A stretch of 64,000 nucleotides of DNA from Marsupella aquatica (taxonomy: Eukaryota; Plantae; Marchantiophyta). Shown here piece by piece: positions 10,867 through 24,337 of the stretch; position 1 is the stretch's first letter, and the number at the start of each line of letters is the position of its first letter. The DNA lies in the NCBI GenBank assembly GCA_973895155.1, contig OZ316893.1:5098171-5162170 (forward strand), written 5' to 3'. The notes under the pieces were generated by a model. The model had not been told where the DNA came from and did not search any database. It worked only from the letters and a program-made list of their open reading frames with translations. A program made the translations under genes and the position numbers.

Positions 10867-12479
10867 TTTCTCACCTCAACATTTTTATTCACCTCGACAT
10901 CTATTGTGCAACAAACAGGCATGGGGCTAGTTAGTAACATAACAATGTCCATTCTTTTGTAAAAGTGCTCAGCTGTTTGGGTGTCAAGAAGGCCAAGTTT
11001 TCTGGTGACTGTCAAGAAGGTCAAGTGGAGTTGGTTGGTTGGTTAGTTGGATGGATCCACTTGACCATCCAAGTCCAGTACCAACTGCATGAAAATTGGA
11101 GCTACTAGACCAAAATTTAATAAACTAAGGAGATGTGAACTAGACAAACTTTGGCCCTATCTTATCTAATTTCTGCTGTACTGGTTCCAAAGCATGATTT
11201 TCCCTTGACTAGACTGGGAAGGACCTACACAAATGCAAACCCTGGCTAGTGAGGTGGCCAATGATAAGCCTTGCTAATTAGTCGTAGAGTATTGGTAGCT
11301 TCTCCTTGAGTTGTTCTTGTTCTCACTGGCTTTCTGTCTCCACCTTTTGTTGCTTCATTTCATATACCTTTGTGCCCAGTTTTTTTTGTGTCAGTTGTAA
11401 CTTTTTGACTGAACGAAGTCTTTGAGATGGAGTCATGCGTTAGGAGGGGAGCTTTACAAGATGACCAGACACCAATTAAATGACAGGTCAATCCAAAGAT
11501 TTTATCTTTAGATTTCATCACAACCTTACATATCAAGTGACCTTCCAGTCACGTTCGAATCAATTGGCTTTACATGAACTTGAGAGGTCACTTGTACAAG
11601 AACCCTCCCAGCCTTATATGGACTAGAGTGAGCCAGAAGTATAGATCATTATTTGAGATGGTAGTTTGAAAAGACCTCTCACTCTCTTCTCCTTTTGTCT
11701 GTAGAAAACACATTACCTGATCACTTTTTTCTGATCACTTTTTTCTGGTCAGAAGGCCCTCTTAATGGACCTGCAGAATAGGTAGAGCAAAACACAAATT
11801 TCCTCACATTTTTGGTCACCTCTTTCTTGTATACCCCAGAGTCCATAAGGCTTATGTGGACCATAAAGGCCTGTCTTCTAAAGTTCCAGTATGGCACTGA
11901 ATCTGAAAGGTACATTGGAAAGTAGCCCGGCGTCGAAAGAGCCTGGAGTAATTGAGTATGGTATATTGGAGTACAGTACGTAAAGTTAACGGGTACAATA
12001 CATGAATTCAGAGGTGCTGGACTCTCAGTACAGTAAGAAAAGTCTACCATATCCCCGTTGGCATAGGTCCTCGTGCTGAATATTCACCTTGTTTTTATCC
12101 CAGTAAATCAGGAAAGGTCAAAATATTATTCTCCATTTTTGGTTTTCCTATGGTTAAATTTCAAGTAATGCATGCATTGGAATATTAGGAAAATTTTATA
12201 TCCCAAAAAATCCATGCATACATTGGAAAGTCATACCCAAGAAGCACTTTTCCTCTGTAATATAATTCATACAGTTCATGTGAACATTCAGTTTGCAAGG
12301 TTAGGTCCATCCAGTCTGCAAGGTTCATGCGAGTGGTCCATCCGAGCATCCTTTTCAAAATATTCTGTCAATTATGTCCAAATTTTGAATAATTATTTAC
12401 TAAAAACCCTGCACCACGGTGGTTGCAAGATTCATGGCCTCATGGGAGTGTTACATCCAAGCATCACTTTCCAATATTT

Positions 12480-13220
12480 TGTCACTGAAGTCCAAAATTT
12501 TAATAATAATATAGTTCGGTACTATACTATAGTGGGCCGTCCCTTGCAGGTGACCAGGGGCGGAAGAACAGGACACGATACGCACTAAGTATCAGAGCAG
12601 TATATATTTATTTGCTTTGAAGGCTCCAGCAGCCAAGTCAAGCCTGAGGGGAGACTAGAGCAGGAAAGTGTATGGTGAGCTGCGCAGTGGGCTGGGAAAG
12701 GATGATGCCGGTGCATGGGAGATACGGCGATCGACCAGGAGCATTATATGGGGAGTTGCTGCTGACGATCTCATCAGCAATTTAATCAGGCTAGTAGGTG
12801 TAGGCCAGGATCAAAGGCAGTGGTCGGATTGGAGGGAGTTGGGAGTATCAGCCCCAGAGAGCCCGAGAGAGAGAGAGAACGAGACACGGCCAGATCTAAG
12901 TAAGGTAGATTCAGTTTCCTCAGTCAGTGTATGAGTTGCAGCGAGGAGTAGAACGATCGTGAGTATCAGTGAGAATCTGATCGATTGACAGTGTGTGGGA
13001 AAGGACACGTTGCGCATGTTGACGGAAAGCAAAGAGGGCACTCATGCCATCCAGCAAAAGCACTTGAAAGACAGCACGTTGGGAATTGAATTGCGGCTAG
13101 TCTGGCCTGGAATCCGCAGAATTTCCGTCTGGCTCGATCGATCGAGGATTCATGTACTAATTAAGTTTGTGATTGCCAATTTGTTGAGTACCAGTTTGGC
13201 GTGCACAGTTGGGTCCCGCA
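12480..13220 (-). mobile_element. Possible solo LTR
   Basis: TG...CA ends (tgtcact.../...gggtcccgca) are flanked by ATTT on both sides (12476-12479, 13221-13224). AATAAA on the minus strand near 12610. No second copy in the window to confirm. Confidence 0.35.
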
Positions 13221-15026
13221 ATTTTGTAGATGAGGGCCAAGGTTAGACGTGGCGCAGTCGCTGTAACTATCTCACTGCCCATTCAAACAAATTCTAGGGG
13301 TCTAATTATGGCGCCTTCTCTCAACTCAAGGTGTGTATTTCAGCATATCTCTTGAATTGAATGACCTTCTCTCTGAGATCAGCGATCCTTTGGACAGTGA
13401 GTGTGGAGATGGGAACTATTATTGAAGTCAGTTAGATAGAATTCTGTAAAGGTACGATGGGTGCATAGCTATCTGCATATTCTGAAAAGTAGAGGAAGGA
13501 CGCTCAGTAGAATAAAGAGAGGAATCCCACAACGTACGTCTACATTCTTAGCCTGAGTGGGTTATTGTCTTTTGTTTTCTCGCTCATACCGTCTGCTATA
13601 ATGGATTGCTTGATAGCGGAAACTGAAAAATTACAGGACTATCACTTCACAATGTCAGAGAAGTTGGATCAAAGAGGCCCGGTTCAGTTTAACAGAAATA
13701 TAGTGTACGAAATTAACGAGATGGAAGTGTACACACATTTGTCTACTGCCTACTAGGAAATTCAACCCCTGGGGCTCTAGTTGGACTCCAAACAGAGACC
13801 ATAGTACTGTTTTGGTTACTAGGAAGCAGCACAAATCTAATGTGATTGACGTGCGATGACATTGTAGGTTGTGAATGGAGCTCATCGATGATCCACCATC
13901 ACCTTCAAACGGTGCCCCACAAAGCCACAGTGCTCACACTGAGCAGGAACACAAAGAAAAGAAATTCCTCAAGCAGACACCGACGAAGCGCCGTGCTTCC
14001 TCACTGTTCCTTCCGGATACATCCTCGTCGACTTGCAAACACGTAAAAAGGTGAGCCTTCTCGTCCCTTCCTTCATTTCCTTGGAACCAATTGTGGAAAT
14101 TACAATTATTGTTACCAATGGAAGAAACTTCAGAGGGTGGCTGGAGATTATAACTAGTTCTTCCCATGTTTTCTCATTCCTAAGGAATTATGCGAAGTTT
14201 AGAGGGGTTTGCTTACATTCGTTTGAATCAATTTTGACGCTACTAGCAGTAGAATGATGCACAACGTTTAGAGTGCGTTAGCCGACAGCATTTCAACCAG
14301 AGCTCTAGACCTTCAACTGCCGGTGGAGCACATTCAAACACGTGTATTATCATCCGACCCTAATCTAGTGAAAATGCTTATGCAGCCAATTAAGTTGCCA
14401 CTAAAGTCAGTACCCCACTCTTCCTCGAAGTACATGCATTCACACTCCAGTGGCATGTAGTCACTCGTTCGCTTGTGCTTGTTCTAGCTGGTCACCTGGA
14501 ATTTCGTAGAGTTTGCTGGAGGATGTAAAATCAGTAGTTGTATCGTTACGGTCAATGTCAACAGACAGACCTCTGGTGAAAAGTAAGGGTGTGGACTTTG
14601 GTCTGTTGGATGACTCTCCTCGGTTGATTCCGCTGGCAGTCTCTGGAGATCGTCAGCATTGCAAAGTTGGAAGCTAGTGGGAAGTATTATAATGACATTT
14701 CTGAGTTGAAAGCAACTACAGTAGTACTGGCTAAGTATGAATCCAAGACTTTCCTATTTGAGAGTCCGTACCATTATCACCTTCCTTTGCTCCTGAGTAT
14801 CCGACCTTCTCGGGTAACTCAATCATTGTAACACACCTGTTGACCATATTCCCGTTCGACTTGTGCGCAAGTCCAGTCTACTACTAAGTGTTACACTTTT
14901 TTGTGTTGAGGCTGGAAACAGTACCAAAACGACGAACCGTGTTTTGAGCCACTAGCTAATCACGTATTCAAGTGATGCAGTTCGTGTCGATGAACTGTCA
15001 CTTACAGGTCGGACGGATTTGAAGAC

Positions 15027-17152
15027 ATGAGGGAGCTGACTCACGAAAGACGGGTGTTACTACATTTTCGGATTGTCTCTCATAGTCTTTCATGATTTGT
15101 GGTTCTTGACCAGGTTATGGTGGTCGAAGGACACCGTAGCGGTGGTGACAGGAGGAAACAAGGGCCTTGGACTGGAGATTGTCCGGCAGCTTGCAAAGGA
15201 GGGGCTCAAAGTTGTGTTGACGGCGCGGGACGCGGAGAAAGGACAGAATGCAATCAATACATTGAAAGGCGAAGGGCTCGAGTCAATTGTTTTTCATCAG
15301 CTGGATGTCACCAGCTCGCCATCCGTGGAAGCTTTCGCAGACTGGTTGCGGAAGGAGTTTGGAGGGCTTGACATCCTGGTATGCATTTACGTCTCCCAGT
15401 TTTGTAAATGACCGTTTAGAAATTTTTCAGGTGTTTCAATTGAACCAAAATCAACTACATCACATTGCACTCGAGATCTGTATCAATAGACATGGAGATT
15501 GTTCGCAACACTTAACTGCGGCCAAGCTTTGGTTTTGGGGGAAGGTGGTAGTGGAGGTGGAGGGGACGGGTTTTTGTGTAAGGTAAATTGGGCAGGTCTT
15601 GCAGATCGATCTACCGTGCCCATAAGAGTGGTCGCCTAAAGCTCCATTTTTCGCTGCGTCATATACGATTTGAAATGTCTCTAGCCCTACATCAGGAGTT
15701 CTGCAGATCTCAACAGCCATAGTACAGATGAAAGTGCTCTCACTCATGTGCTTCATGCAAGTGGAGCAAGTACTCCGGAATCTGGTGAGAGAAGATATAT
15801 AAAAGCCAAAATCTTCAGAAAATATTCGGATTTGCTTGCTTTGAACGAACTCTATTGTCAAATCAATCGATCGTGATTGCGAGGACGAGGAGAAGGGCAG
15901 AAAAGATGACACCAGTGCGCGAACACTATATATTTTCTTGATGCGATATAATTCATTGTGCGGGGACGTAGCTGAAGTTTCCTGGGTTGGAATCATGAAC
16001 GATACATTATTTCAAACTCAGCCGCCCGGATCGATAACATTTTCTCATTCATGAATATGAAACCTCTGCAGGTAAATAATGCTGGAGTACAATATTATTC
16101 GGAGACTCATGAAGACGCGGTTCAGACATTGGAAACGAATTATTACGGCGTGAAGAGAGTCATCAACGCTTTACTTCCTTTGATGAAACAATTATGGGCT
16201 GGGGCAAGAATCATCAACGTCAGCTCCAAGGCAGCCTCGCTAGAGGTAACGGAGTGTATTATGATTCAACATTTTCAATTGGTCTTTCATTGTCCACCGT
16301 CAGACAGTGATATGGAAGGTCGAGAAAATTAACTCATTTTCTATTATGGATTGTGGAATTCTGAAAAGTGCTTTTGATTAGTTATTAAGCAAAGGTTGAC
16401 AGTGATGAGGTCAATGAACATTACTGATGTTGTCTTTCTCTGAGCTCCGGAGTGTCCTGAGCCTTCTCAGGGTTTGTCTTGTTTAATTCTTTTGCATCGT
16501 AAACTCCGAGAAGTTTCTGTAGGGTCCCTAAAGCCCAGTGTTCGCGTGGAATTTTAAGACGAAGAGTAGTTTGTTAAAAGCATCGAAGTGTTTTCATGAG
16601 AAGGACAGAATGATGTCGACTCTAGGCTCGAGTTCCGTCAATTAACACTCCCTTGACCTCGATCTCTTCCAGAATTTCAACAGCTGTTTGAAAGACAAAC
16701 TCGGTAACGTTGACTGCCTCAGTGAAGCCATGGTGGACGATCTAGCCACCAAGTATCTCGAAGAAGTGAAGGCTGGGAAATGGAGGGATGTGAAGAAGGG
16801 GGAGTGTGCAATGAACAACTATCAATTATACTGTGAATCTAAGCTGCTCTTGAACACTTATACTCAAATCTTGGCAAGGTCGCTTGCATTCAAGCAGCCT
16901 CAATGTCATAAAATCTTTGTTAACGCCATCTGTCCGGGCTCTTTCCAAACTGATATGGGTGGACCTGTAGTTAGGAAAGACAAAGAAGCCGGACAGAATA
17001 TCATGCAAGATGTATTCAGGGGATGCACAATTCAGTCTCGAGAGGACGGAGCTGATACTGCGGTGTGGCTTGCCTTGCTACCCAGGGCAAACCTTGGAAA
17101 GTGCTATCCCAATGGAAGATTTTTTTCTGAGCAGAAGGATATCGCTTTTTGA
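15027..17152 (+). CDS. Short-chain dehydrogenase/reductase, carbonyl reductase / (+)-neomenthol dehydrogenase-like; multi-exon
   Basis: Exons 15114-15378 (WWSKDTVAVVTGGNKGLG...GGLDIL), 16072-16245 (VNNAG...RIINVSS) and 16673-17152 (YCESK catalytic YxxxK, ICPG...TDM) join in frame through GT-AG introns. The first exon and ATG at 15027 are tentative. Confidence 0.9.
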
Positions 17153-18016
17153 GAAATCTAGAAAGTCTTGGTCGCAAGTGATACCTAGCCTTGGGAAGAA
17201 GAAAGGATCTGCTGATTTCCTGCAGGCTGGGTGAGTCTCTCAACAAATTTTGGTACAAGCTTCACAGCAAGTAGTGAACATTGTTGATCTCCCCTCCATG
17301 ATATATAAATCTATATTTGTAGACTGAGGTCGTTATTAGCATTTTTATCATAAGACATGGTCACACAGCCGGATTCGCTGCCCTCATGAAAAGTCTAGTA
17401 TTCTGCTGGATACGAACAAACATTGAGAACCTATAATACAACTAGTATGAACGAATCTAAAAACCAGGTTGATGGAAATACATGTCCCGCGCCTCGTCAG
17501 CAATTATAGGCGCAGCTCATTAAGTATCCTGAAGAAAAAAACAGAGGGCAAGATATGTTAATTTCCTGTGGTTTTAGTTACTGAAATGGTCATGATGGAT
17601 GAGGATTACAATCATTATCCCCGGATTTAATTCTTACATTCAACACGTCATAGTGCTCCTAATTTGAAGGCTTGAACTTGAACATGACAACTTGTTAGGT
17701 GAAACAGTATTATTTTTTGGGAAAATACTAAATTACCCAACTTGTCACGCTTACCAAAATACCAATAAGACTTGTGAGATTAGACCCTTTGCAACTCTTT
17801 GGAAAATCCAAATTACATGCTCCTTGTGCACAACCCCTCTATTGAAAGTAATGAAGAAAAACTCTACAATTGCTATGCCATATGGATGGTCAACATTGGC
17901 TATGATCTGTTGCTAGTCACCAGAGAGCGAGAGCACCTTGGCCTAGCCATTGCAAGGGTGTTTTTGAAAAAAAATCACTTTGGAAGTACTTAGATAATTT
18001 TACTATTAACTTGTAA

Positions 18017-18538
18017 CAGCTTTTTATTATACTACCCCCAAAACTGGTAGTTATTAGGATACTGCCCCCAAAACTAATATATTTAGTATACTGCCCCCCA
18101 AACCGTATCCCATCACTTTTAACCCGAGTACTTGACCACTGCTATGTTCCGATTGGCCAAAAAGTAACCATAGTCGATGACCAACCTTACCACAGTATCA
18201 TCTTCGCCCGGGCTCAAGGTGCAACCGTGTTTGATCAGTGTGTATGGGGTCGAAAGTGCCGCGCTCGCATTGGGGATTGCGGCCTGAAGTGGTTCTGACC
18301 CCATACACAGTGATCGAACACAGTTGCACCTTGGGCCCGGGCGAAGAAGATATTGCAATAAGGTTGACCTTAGGTCATCGACTATGGTTACTTTTTGGCC
18401 AATCGGAACACAGCAGTGGTCAAATACTCGGGTTAAAAGTGATGGGATACTGTTTGGGGGGCAGTATACTAAATATTTTAGTTTTGGGGGCAGTATCTTA
18501 ATAACTACCAGTTTGGGGGGTAGTTTAGTAAAAAGCTG
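18017..18538. mobile_element. Mutator-like foldback MITE (522 bp)
   Basis: ~235-bp inverted arms (18017-18251 and 18297-18538) around a 45-bp loop; exact 10-bp TSD TAACTTGTAA at 18007-18016 and 18539-18548. Confidence 0.92.
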
Positions 18539-19859
18539 TAACTTGTAATGGTCATCTTGGAATTCTCCTTCTTCTTTTGGTTTTGTATCTTCTACACATG
18601 TGCTAAGTTTGTTGCAGTGTGTCCTGGCAGTTTGGGTCTGTTTTCTATTTGCCTCACTGGCCTTTGTTGCCTGGTTCTCAATTTGATCGGGTGCGCTGTG
18701 GCTCTTTCCGAATAAACAACTGCATGTATTGAGTCAGTGTGAAATCTATTTACTTACTAGAGGAAAGGCCACATGAGAGACTGTCAAAGTCAAGGAGAGT
18801 TCCCTCCAATTAAAAGTAGTTGGTCTCATTATATTGGATCGACCATGGGATAGTCTCAAAGAAATGAACAAGTGGTGAGGCACTCTTGAGTCTTCGATGG
18901 ACTTTGGAGTCAGACTTGTAACAAGGAGGGGAGACTATGGGAGCCCTGCTTTCCCAGACTACAGTAGTGGAGGTCATGTCCATGTGAGATTGACCATGGA
19001 TTGCCTCGTGGGAAATATTCCTTATCATGCATGGAAGCCGGGCACAAGATTGCAACAGTTTATTGACCTCATACAACCCAAGTTGATGTCTGGATCGGCC
19101 ACCCAAATTCATTTTTTATTTAGAGATTAAATGATATCGCTGAAAGACAAATTTTTATACATAGACCCCAATGGACCAAGCAACTCATATTATTGGTTTG
19201 AATTTTTCTTAACTAGAAAAGCAACGGAGATTACAATATAGCTTGTCATTCTACAGTATCGATGTGGCATATGCACATATGGGTCCACACAATGGGTTAT
19301 GTCATGACAGGGGTGTGTGGACCACTAGAGGGGATGCGAGGTGGGTACTCTTTTGTTTGTTTTGGTGGGGTAGGGGAGCATTTGGACTGAGCACTGACTT
19401 TTTGGCATCGAGGAGGTTGAGTACCAACAACTTTGAGGGGGATTTCCGGTAAGAGGGAGTACTTGAGATGTGTGATGCTGATATTTTCTTATGCTATTAA
19501 TTTAACTCGTAGAATAATTCTCACCTAGAATGTAATTGGACTCCTGAGGAACTTTTAAGCAAGTGAATGCAAAGGTTCTTTTAATTCACCTGTTCAACTC
19601 CTGCATCTACTTTATCTATATGCAATCCAACCATCATGAGGGGCCGACCATCTCACAAAATCTCCTGTTTTTTCTGTCTTTTTAATTCATTGGATTATCG
19701 GCTGCACAAAGTTTAGTTCAAGTGAGGGTGACATAAAAACTGCTCCTGAGAGTTTGCAACCTTATTATAGAAAAGGGCCCCAGAACATATTTGGAACCCA
19801 CATTGTACATTGTATTGTCCACTCTATTGCCACCACTTAGGTTTGGTCAGGGGCCTGGT

Positions 19860-20620
19860 TAAGAAGGAGGTGACTGAAAAAACAGACAGCACCAGCATGG
19901 GGGTGGGTGACCACAGGCAAGCGGAAAGCCAGAAGGCGAAGAGGGAAGGTGGGCTGGCAGTTTGGGCTGGAAAAACTCGGACAGGCAGGACTGGGAGGGA
20001 AGTAGTGCACATACAGGTAGAGGGGGAGCCAGTAAGGCAGGGGTGTGGAGGCAGCCCACATAGGAGGGAGGGTAAGGATGTTATGTTGGGGAAGGAGAGG
20101 GTAATAAGGGAGAGAAGGAAAAATGTCAAAAGAAGCGGGGGGGGGGGGAGGGCGGAAAAGAAGGGTAGACATAGGAGGGGGAGCAAGGGTGTTATGTTGA
20201 AGAAGGGAGAAGGTAATAAGCAAGAGAAGGATAAATAGGAAATGAAGATAAGGGAAGGGAAGGGAAGGGGGAAGGGGGAAGGATAAATGGGAAAAGAAGA
20301 TAAGGGAAGGGGAAAAAGAGGGGCCACAGGGAGAGAAGGGGAAAGAAGACAGTACATGGGAGGAAGAGAGGGGGCCCAAGGGATTCGGTTTTGTTTTGCC
20401 CAACATGCCTTCATGAGGCTTGCTTTGGCTCTCACCCAAAGACTTGCAACTGCCTGCTAGAATAGACAATCCAAATCCCACCTCCAGAATTTGACCTCCT
20501 GCCCATACAACACAACCAGAACAAGATGTTCTATGATCTGCATCCAATTTTGTGACCAGAAAGTTGATATCTCACATTAATAGCTCCTGGGTATCTAGGC
20601 CTAAACAAAGTAGTGTCCCC
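19860..20620 (-). mobile_element. Probable old LINE 3' remnant with a low-complexity purine/pyrimidine tract
   Basis: Trp-rich decayed frame on the minus strand (~20380-20620) followed by a long C/T-rich tail typical of LINE 3' UTRs; no diagnostic motif. Confidence 0.25.
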
Positions 20621-20702
20621 CATCACGGCATTCACGAGTTGAAGGCTTTGGTTACGTGATTGTTTCCTGAAAGCCTCTGATTGTATCTCTCCCAGTTCAG
20701 AT

Positions 20703-20790
20703 GCAAGGCGATCTGGTCCCTTGTATGTTGCTCTAGTAAAGTGGAGAGCAGGGGGAAATTAAGACATACAAGCGACCAGATCGCCCTTGC
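20703..20790. repeat. Short near-perfect inverted repeat (hairpin)
   Basis: gcaaggcgatctggtcccttgtatgt (20703-20728) pairs with acatacaagcgaccagatcgcccttgc (20764-20790), with 1 mismatch and 1 bulge. Confidence 0.85.
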
Positions 20791-23700
20791 CCGCTGCCAA
20801 ATTTCTCTTCCAGGCTCTAGTCGCCCCAATAATTTTTGAAGGTGCCAGTCTATCTTTGATAAAAACGATCCAGGGCAAGTAAAAATGGAAGAAAATTTAT
20901 CTTAGGTGAACCAAGTGTATAAATTATTGGGCTACAAGTCAGGAGAAATTATAATATGGATAATTAAGTGTGTAACACATAATACCATATTGATTTCTAG
21001 CTTGGAGTACAATAGTTCATATACTAGCCCATCTAATAAATCTTTTACACACATCTGCTGTAGCAGCCTCGCAAACTGGAATAATCCAGTAATAAAAGCC
21101 TCAATTTGAAGCCTCAGTGTGAAATAGGTTCGGGGAGGGCTTGGGGAAAAATCGTTTGATCAAATTGGATGAGTGCAGCCTGGGGTCCTCTCGAGTCATG
21201 CTTAGGGTCCTCATCGAGTGCATATAACCTTTCACTTTCGTGGTCACTCTCCATTTCCCCCTTTATCATTACGTCCACTTCGACGACTCCATCGCATTTT
21301 TCTATTCGAGATATACGTTTCAGAATGATGACGTGCACGCATCTACTCATGAAAGAAGCTTTCCTCGTTCGGGGCGCGGTCCAGCGGAAGAAATATCACC
21401 ATGGCGTTGTCTTCGCCTGCCAACAAGGACAAGAAAGAATCGTTCTACCTACAGAGGCTCCGACTCTGGCCGGTAGGAGCCCGGTGCCTACATGGCAAGT
21501 TCATCCTAGCACTGCCTAATTTTGGACTACGTTCACCTTGTTCTTTCCCCAACTCCTCCGCTTGGTGCGTTGCCCTCTCGACGAAGTTAAGACCGAGAAG
21601 GATCGCATGTTCTTATCCAAAAGATATTCCAGGTATTCTTCGTGATGGATGGAATAGTCGCCTGTTCCTTCGGTTGCGGACCCAATAATTACTCGTCTGC
21701 ATGCCGCTGCCATGCCGAATTATTCGATGCTCTAAAACTAAGTTCTGTTCAGGTTTAGGTCGCGAACATCTGAAACATTCGAAACCTGACTTCGTCTGCC
21801 TATCACGTTGGCCTTCACGGTAGCTGAGGGGGCACTCACCTGGCGCAGAAAGAGGGTCGAGATTGTCCGTGCCATGCTTTCCAGTCTGATCTACTACTAC
21901 TTCGAAGACATTGACTAGCAGACTCGAGTTTACTTCTTGAAGAATCCGAAAATTGTCGTCAACACGCGGAAAATTAGCCGAAAGAAGAGATTAGGGGTTC
22001 ATCTTGGAGCGACCGCCATGGCTCAGGTATTTGCTAAATTCGCCATGGCTCAGGAACTTGCTAAATTGCTGGGAAGGGCCAGTGGCAGAAAAGTTTTCCC
22101 TCAAATTAGATCCGCAGCGTTCGTTGTTAACATAGATTTATTATCTGAGTAATGAGGCATGTGGATGCTCGCAAAATTTCCCGACGACAACTCCGCATCG
22201 ACACTATTGTCGAACGGAAGGTACCGGAGATCAAACGGCAGAGTTCCCTTACCATTAAGTGAATCAATTGATAGCATCTCCCACAATCGACCCTGCCAGA
22301 ACAAGAGAGATTTGTGTGTCCCCAAGCGGTTTACGTTCCCCATCGATGTCACTGCTAACCAAGTCAATAAGAAAAACATGTGAACGTAATGCGAACTTCG
22401 AAGACATCAGGCGACACTTTCGGAGAACTAACTCGTCGTCCTAAATATTCCCAAAAACTTCACGCAAGTTGTTCAAGGACTCGAGCTAACATTGAAACAT
22501 TACTAGCCAAGATACTTTGGGCAAAACCACCTTACCTTAGTTGGATGCCCTAAAAGTACTGCAGATACCACTTCGAAAACCGATCTCCGAGATCACCTCA
22601 CTGATTATGTAAGTAAGTACTTACATAATTTCTGAGAATGACAAAGCAGATGGAAGTCAAATTCACCGAAAAAGTATACAGAACATGCTCGTCGCACAGG
22701 AAGAACGCATGCAAAAGGTGAACACGCAAAAAGGACAGCAATAAGTCACAAGACTACAGCCTCTGACCCTCCGATGGACCACACCAAGGCGAATTACTTT
22801 TAATCAAATGGCCGTAAGTCTAGGCTATTTCCATCCCGTTAACCTACCGCTATTTCAGGCTCACGAAAATAACTACCGGACATCGTAGCGTTTATACCAT
22901 GGATACACCTATACCAATGTTTCTCCGGACGTCAGTTCGGAGACAGACAATCCTGACCTCCGAATCCTGAAATACTCGGACACGCAGGATAAGTCAGTAA
23001 CAATGACCGAGACAACGAAAATATCACCCTAACAAGACCACACAAACCGAGAACAGTAGCCTATACTGGTTAATGACAACAAAATCCTAGACTGGGCAGA
23101 CACGAGATCTCCCGATGAAATTGCGACCCAGATGACAATCTAGTGCATAAGAACGACCGAGTCTATTCGAATTCCCAGACCAAATAGACCTGTGCAAAAT
23201 CAATGAGCTAGAAAGAGTTTAGGTAGTCAAGTCGGTCGGAGGACAAGAAGACTTGCCGGATCTTCCGAAGAGGAAAGATACAGAACGCATTCCCCCCACC
23301 GACTTCCCTCCTTGGCAAGATCATCAACGAGAAACAATCACACATGCATCAATCCTACTAACAGCCTCTAAACTAATTCATCCATCATTCATTCACAAGC
23401 AGTTACTTCAAATAATATTATAATTAAAGCCTTCTCGAGTCCGATACGCTTCTAGTAATTGCCTAATTCCAACACCTTCAAACCGAAGCATTAGTGGCTC
23501 TATTATTACTGGTGCAAGTTCTATAGTAGTAGTTGAGATCGCTAACTGCCTCATCATCAACCTATGCACACACTAGTATAGTAGTAATCCTCAAAATATG
23601 CCCGACCACATGCAGCAACGAGCCTCTTGCATTCCCGGAAGAAATTCCTGCCGCTCCCTCAGTTGCCCGACGTTCAGTACCAATCCGTCGCAATCTGTCC

Positions 23701-23845
23701 AAGACTCACAACCAAACAGCCACCTCGGTGACAGACCGGTGACCACACGAGGCTCTCCTGCGGGTCTACATCTTGCAAGCGGCTGAACCGCTTCCACAGC
23801 TAATCCAACCTGTCAACACCTTCCCACCTGCCGTCGCAAAGCCAC

Positions 23846-24337
23846 TTAGATGGCCAGCACTAAGCCTGGAATGGATTTGCCCTCCTTGCTTTTCCAGAGC
23901 TGGCTCTGCCAGACGGTGTTGCAGGGATAGCCCTGCACCAGGCTGGCGGTGGGAAGGCTCTGCTTTAGGTCCGTGACCAGAACCCCGGTGTTGAAGTACT
24001 CACGCAGCTGAATGATGAGCCCGTCTTTAACCGTCCATATGTGGACCCAGAACAAGTTGCGTTTTGTAGGGTGCTTGCCCTCTACGAACACCTTGTTGTC
24101 GTGCGAGAAGAACCGCACTGGGTGGAAGGGGAAAGAATCACAGGAGGTGACTCCTGTGAGCAATCGCATCATATGATCCTGGCGGGGCGGCCCATGGAAC
24201 CAGTAGTCCAGATCCGGAACAATCAGCTTGCTCACCAGGAGCTGAGCATCCGCGTCACTGAGCGCCTTGTACAGCGCTCGAATCACCCCCTCATTGGCTA
24301 TCGCCTCTTCCGCTTCCAGAGCTATCTCGGTCGCCAG
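23846..24337 (-). CDS. WUN1: Wound-induced protein WUN1/WI12 (SAG20-like, SnoaL/NTF2-like fold); start inferred at CUG
   Basis: Family motifs LYKAL, DLDYWFHGPP, HMMRLLTG, VFVEG, WVHIWTVKDG, LREYFNT and C-terminal SIPGLVLAI; intronless; no in-frame ATG upstream of the conserved N-terminal part. Confidence 0.9.
   Translation of the reverse strand: MATEIALEAEEAIANEGVIRALYKALSDADAQLLVSKLIVPDLDYWFHGPPRQDHMMRLLTGVTSCDSFPFHPVRFFSHDNKVFVEGKHPTKRNLFWVHIWTVKDGLIIQLREYFNTGVLVTDLKQSLPTASLVQGYPCNTVWQSQLWKSKEGKSIPGLVLAI

Larger units (their letters stand above)
3960..10930 (+). mobile_element. Decayed non-autonomous Helitron-like 3' region, split by the copia insertion (own sequence ~3960-4366 and 10872-10930)
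   Basis: Degenerate ~19-bp units (ttttctcacctcaacat) lie on both sides of the copia. The end tgtgcaacaaacaggcatggggCTAG|T (10905-10930) resembles plant Helitron 3' termini (hairpin then CTAG). A homologous copy is at ~36900-37420. The left boundary is uncertain. Confidence 0.5.

Noticed and set aside
12587-12598. PBS-like aagtatcagagc (and a similar minus-strand match near 57445)
   Set aside because: Imperfect match, not directly after a recognisable LTR end, and no gag downstream
19810-20547. Long Pro/Leu-rich and Gly/Lys-rich ORFs
   Set aside because: Open frames produced by low-complexity purine/pyrimidine strand bias
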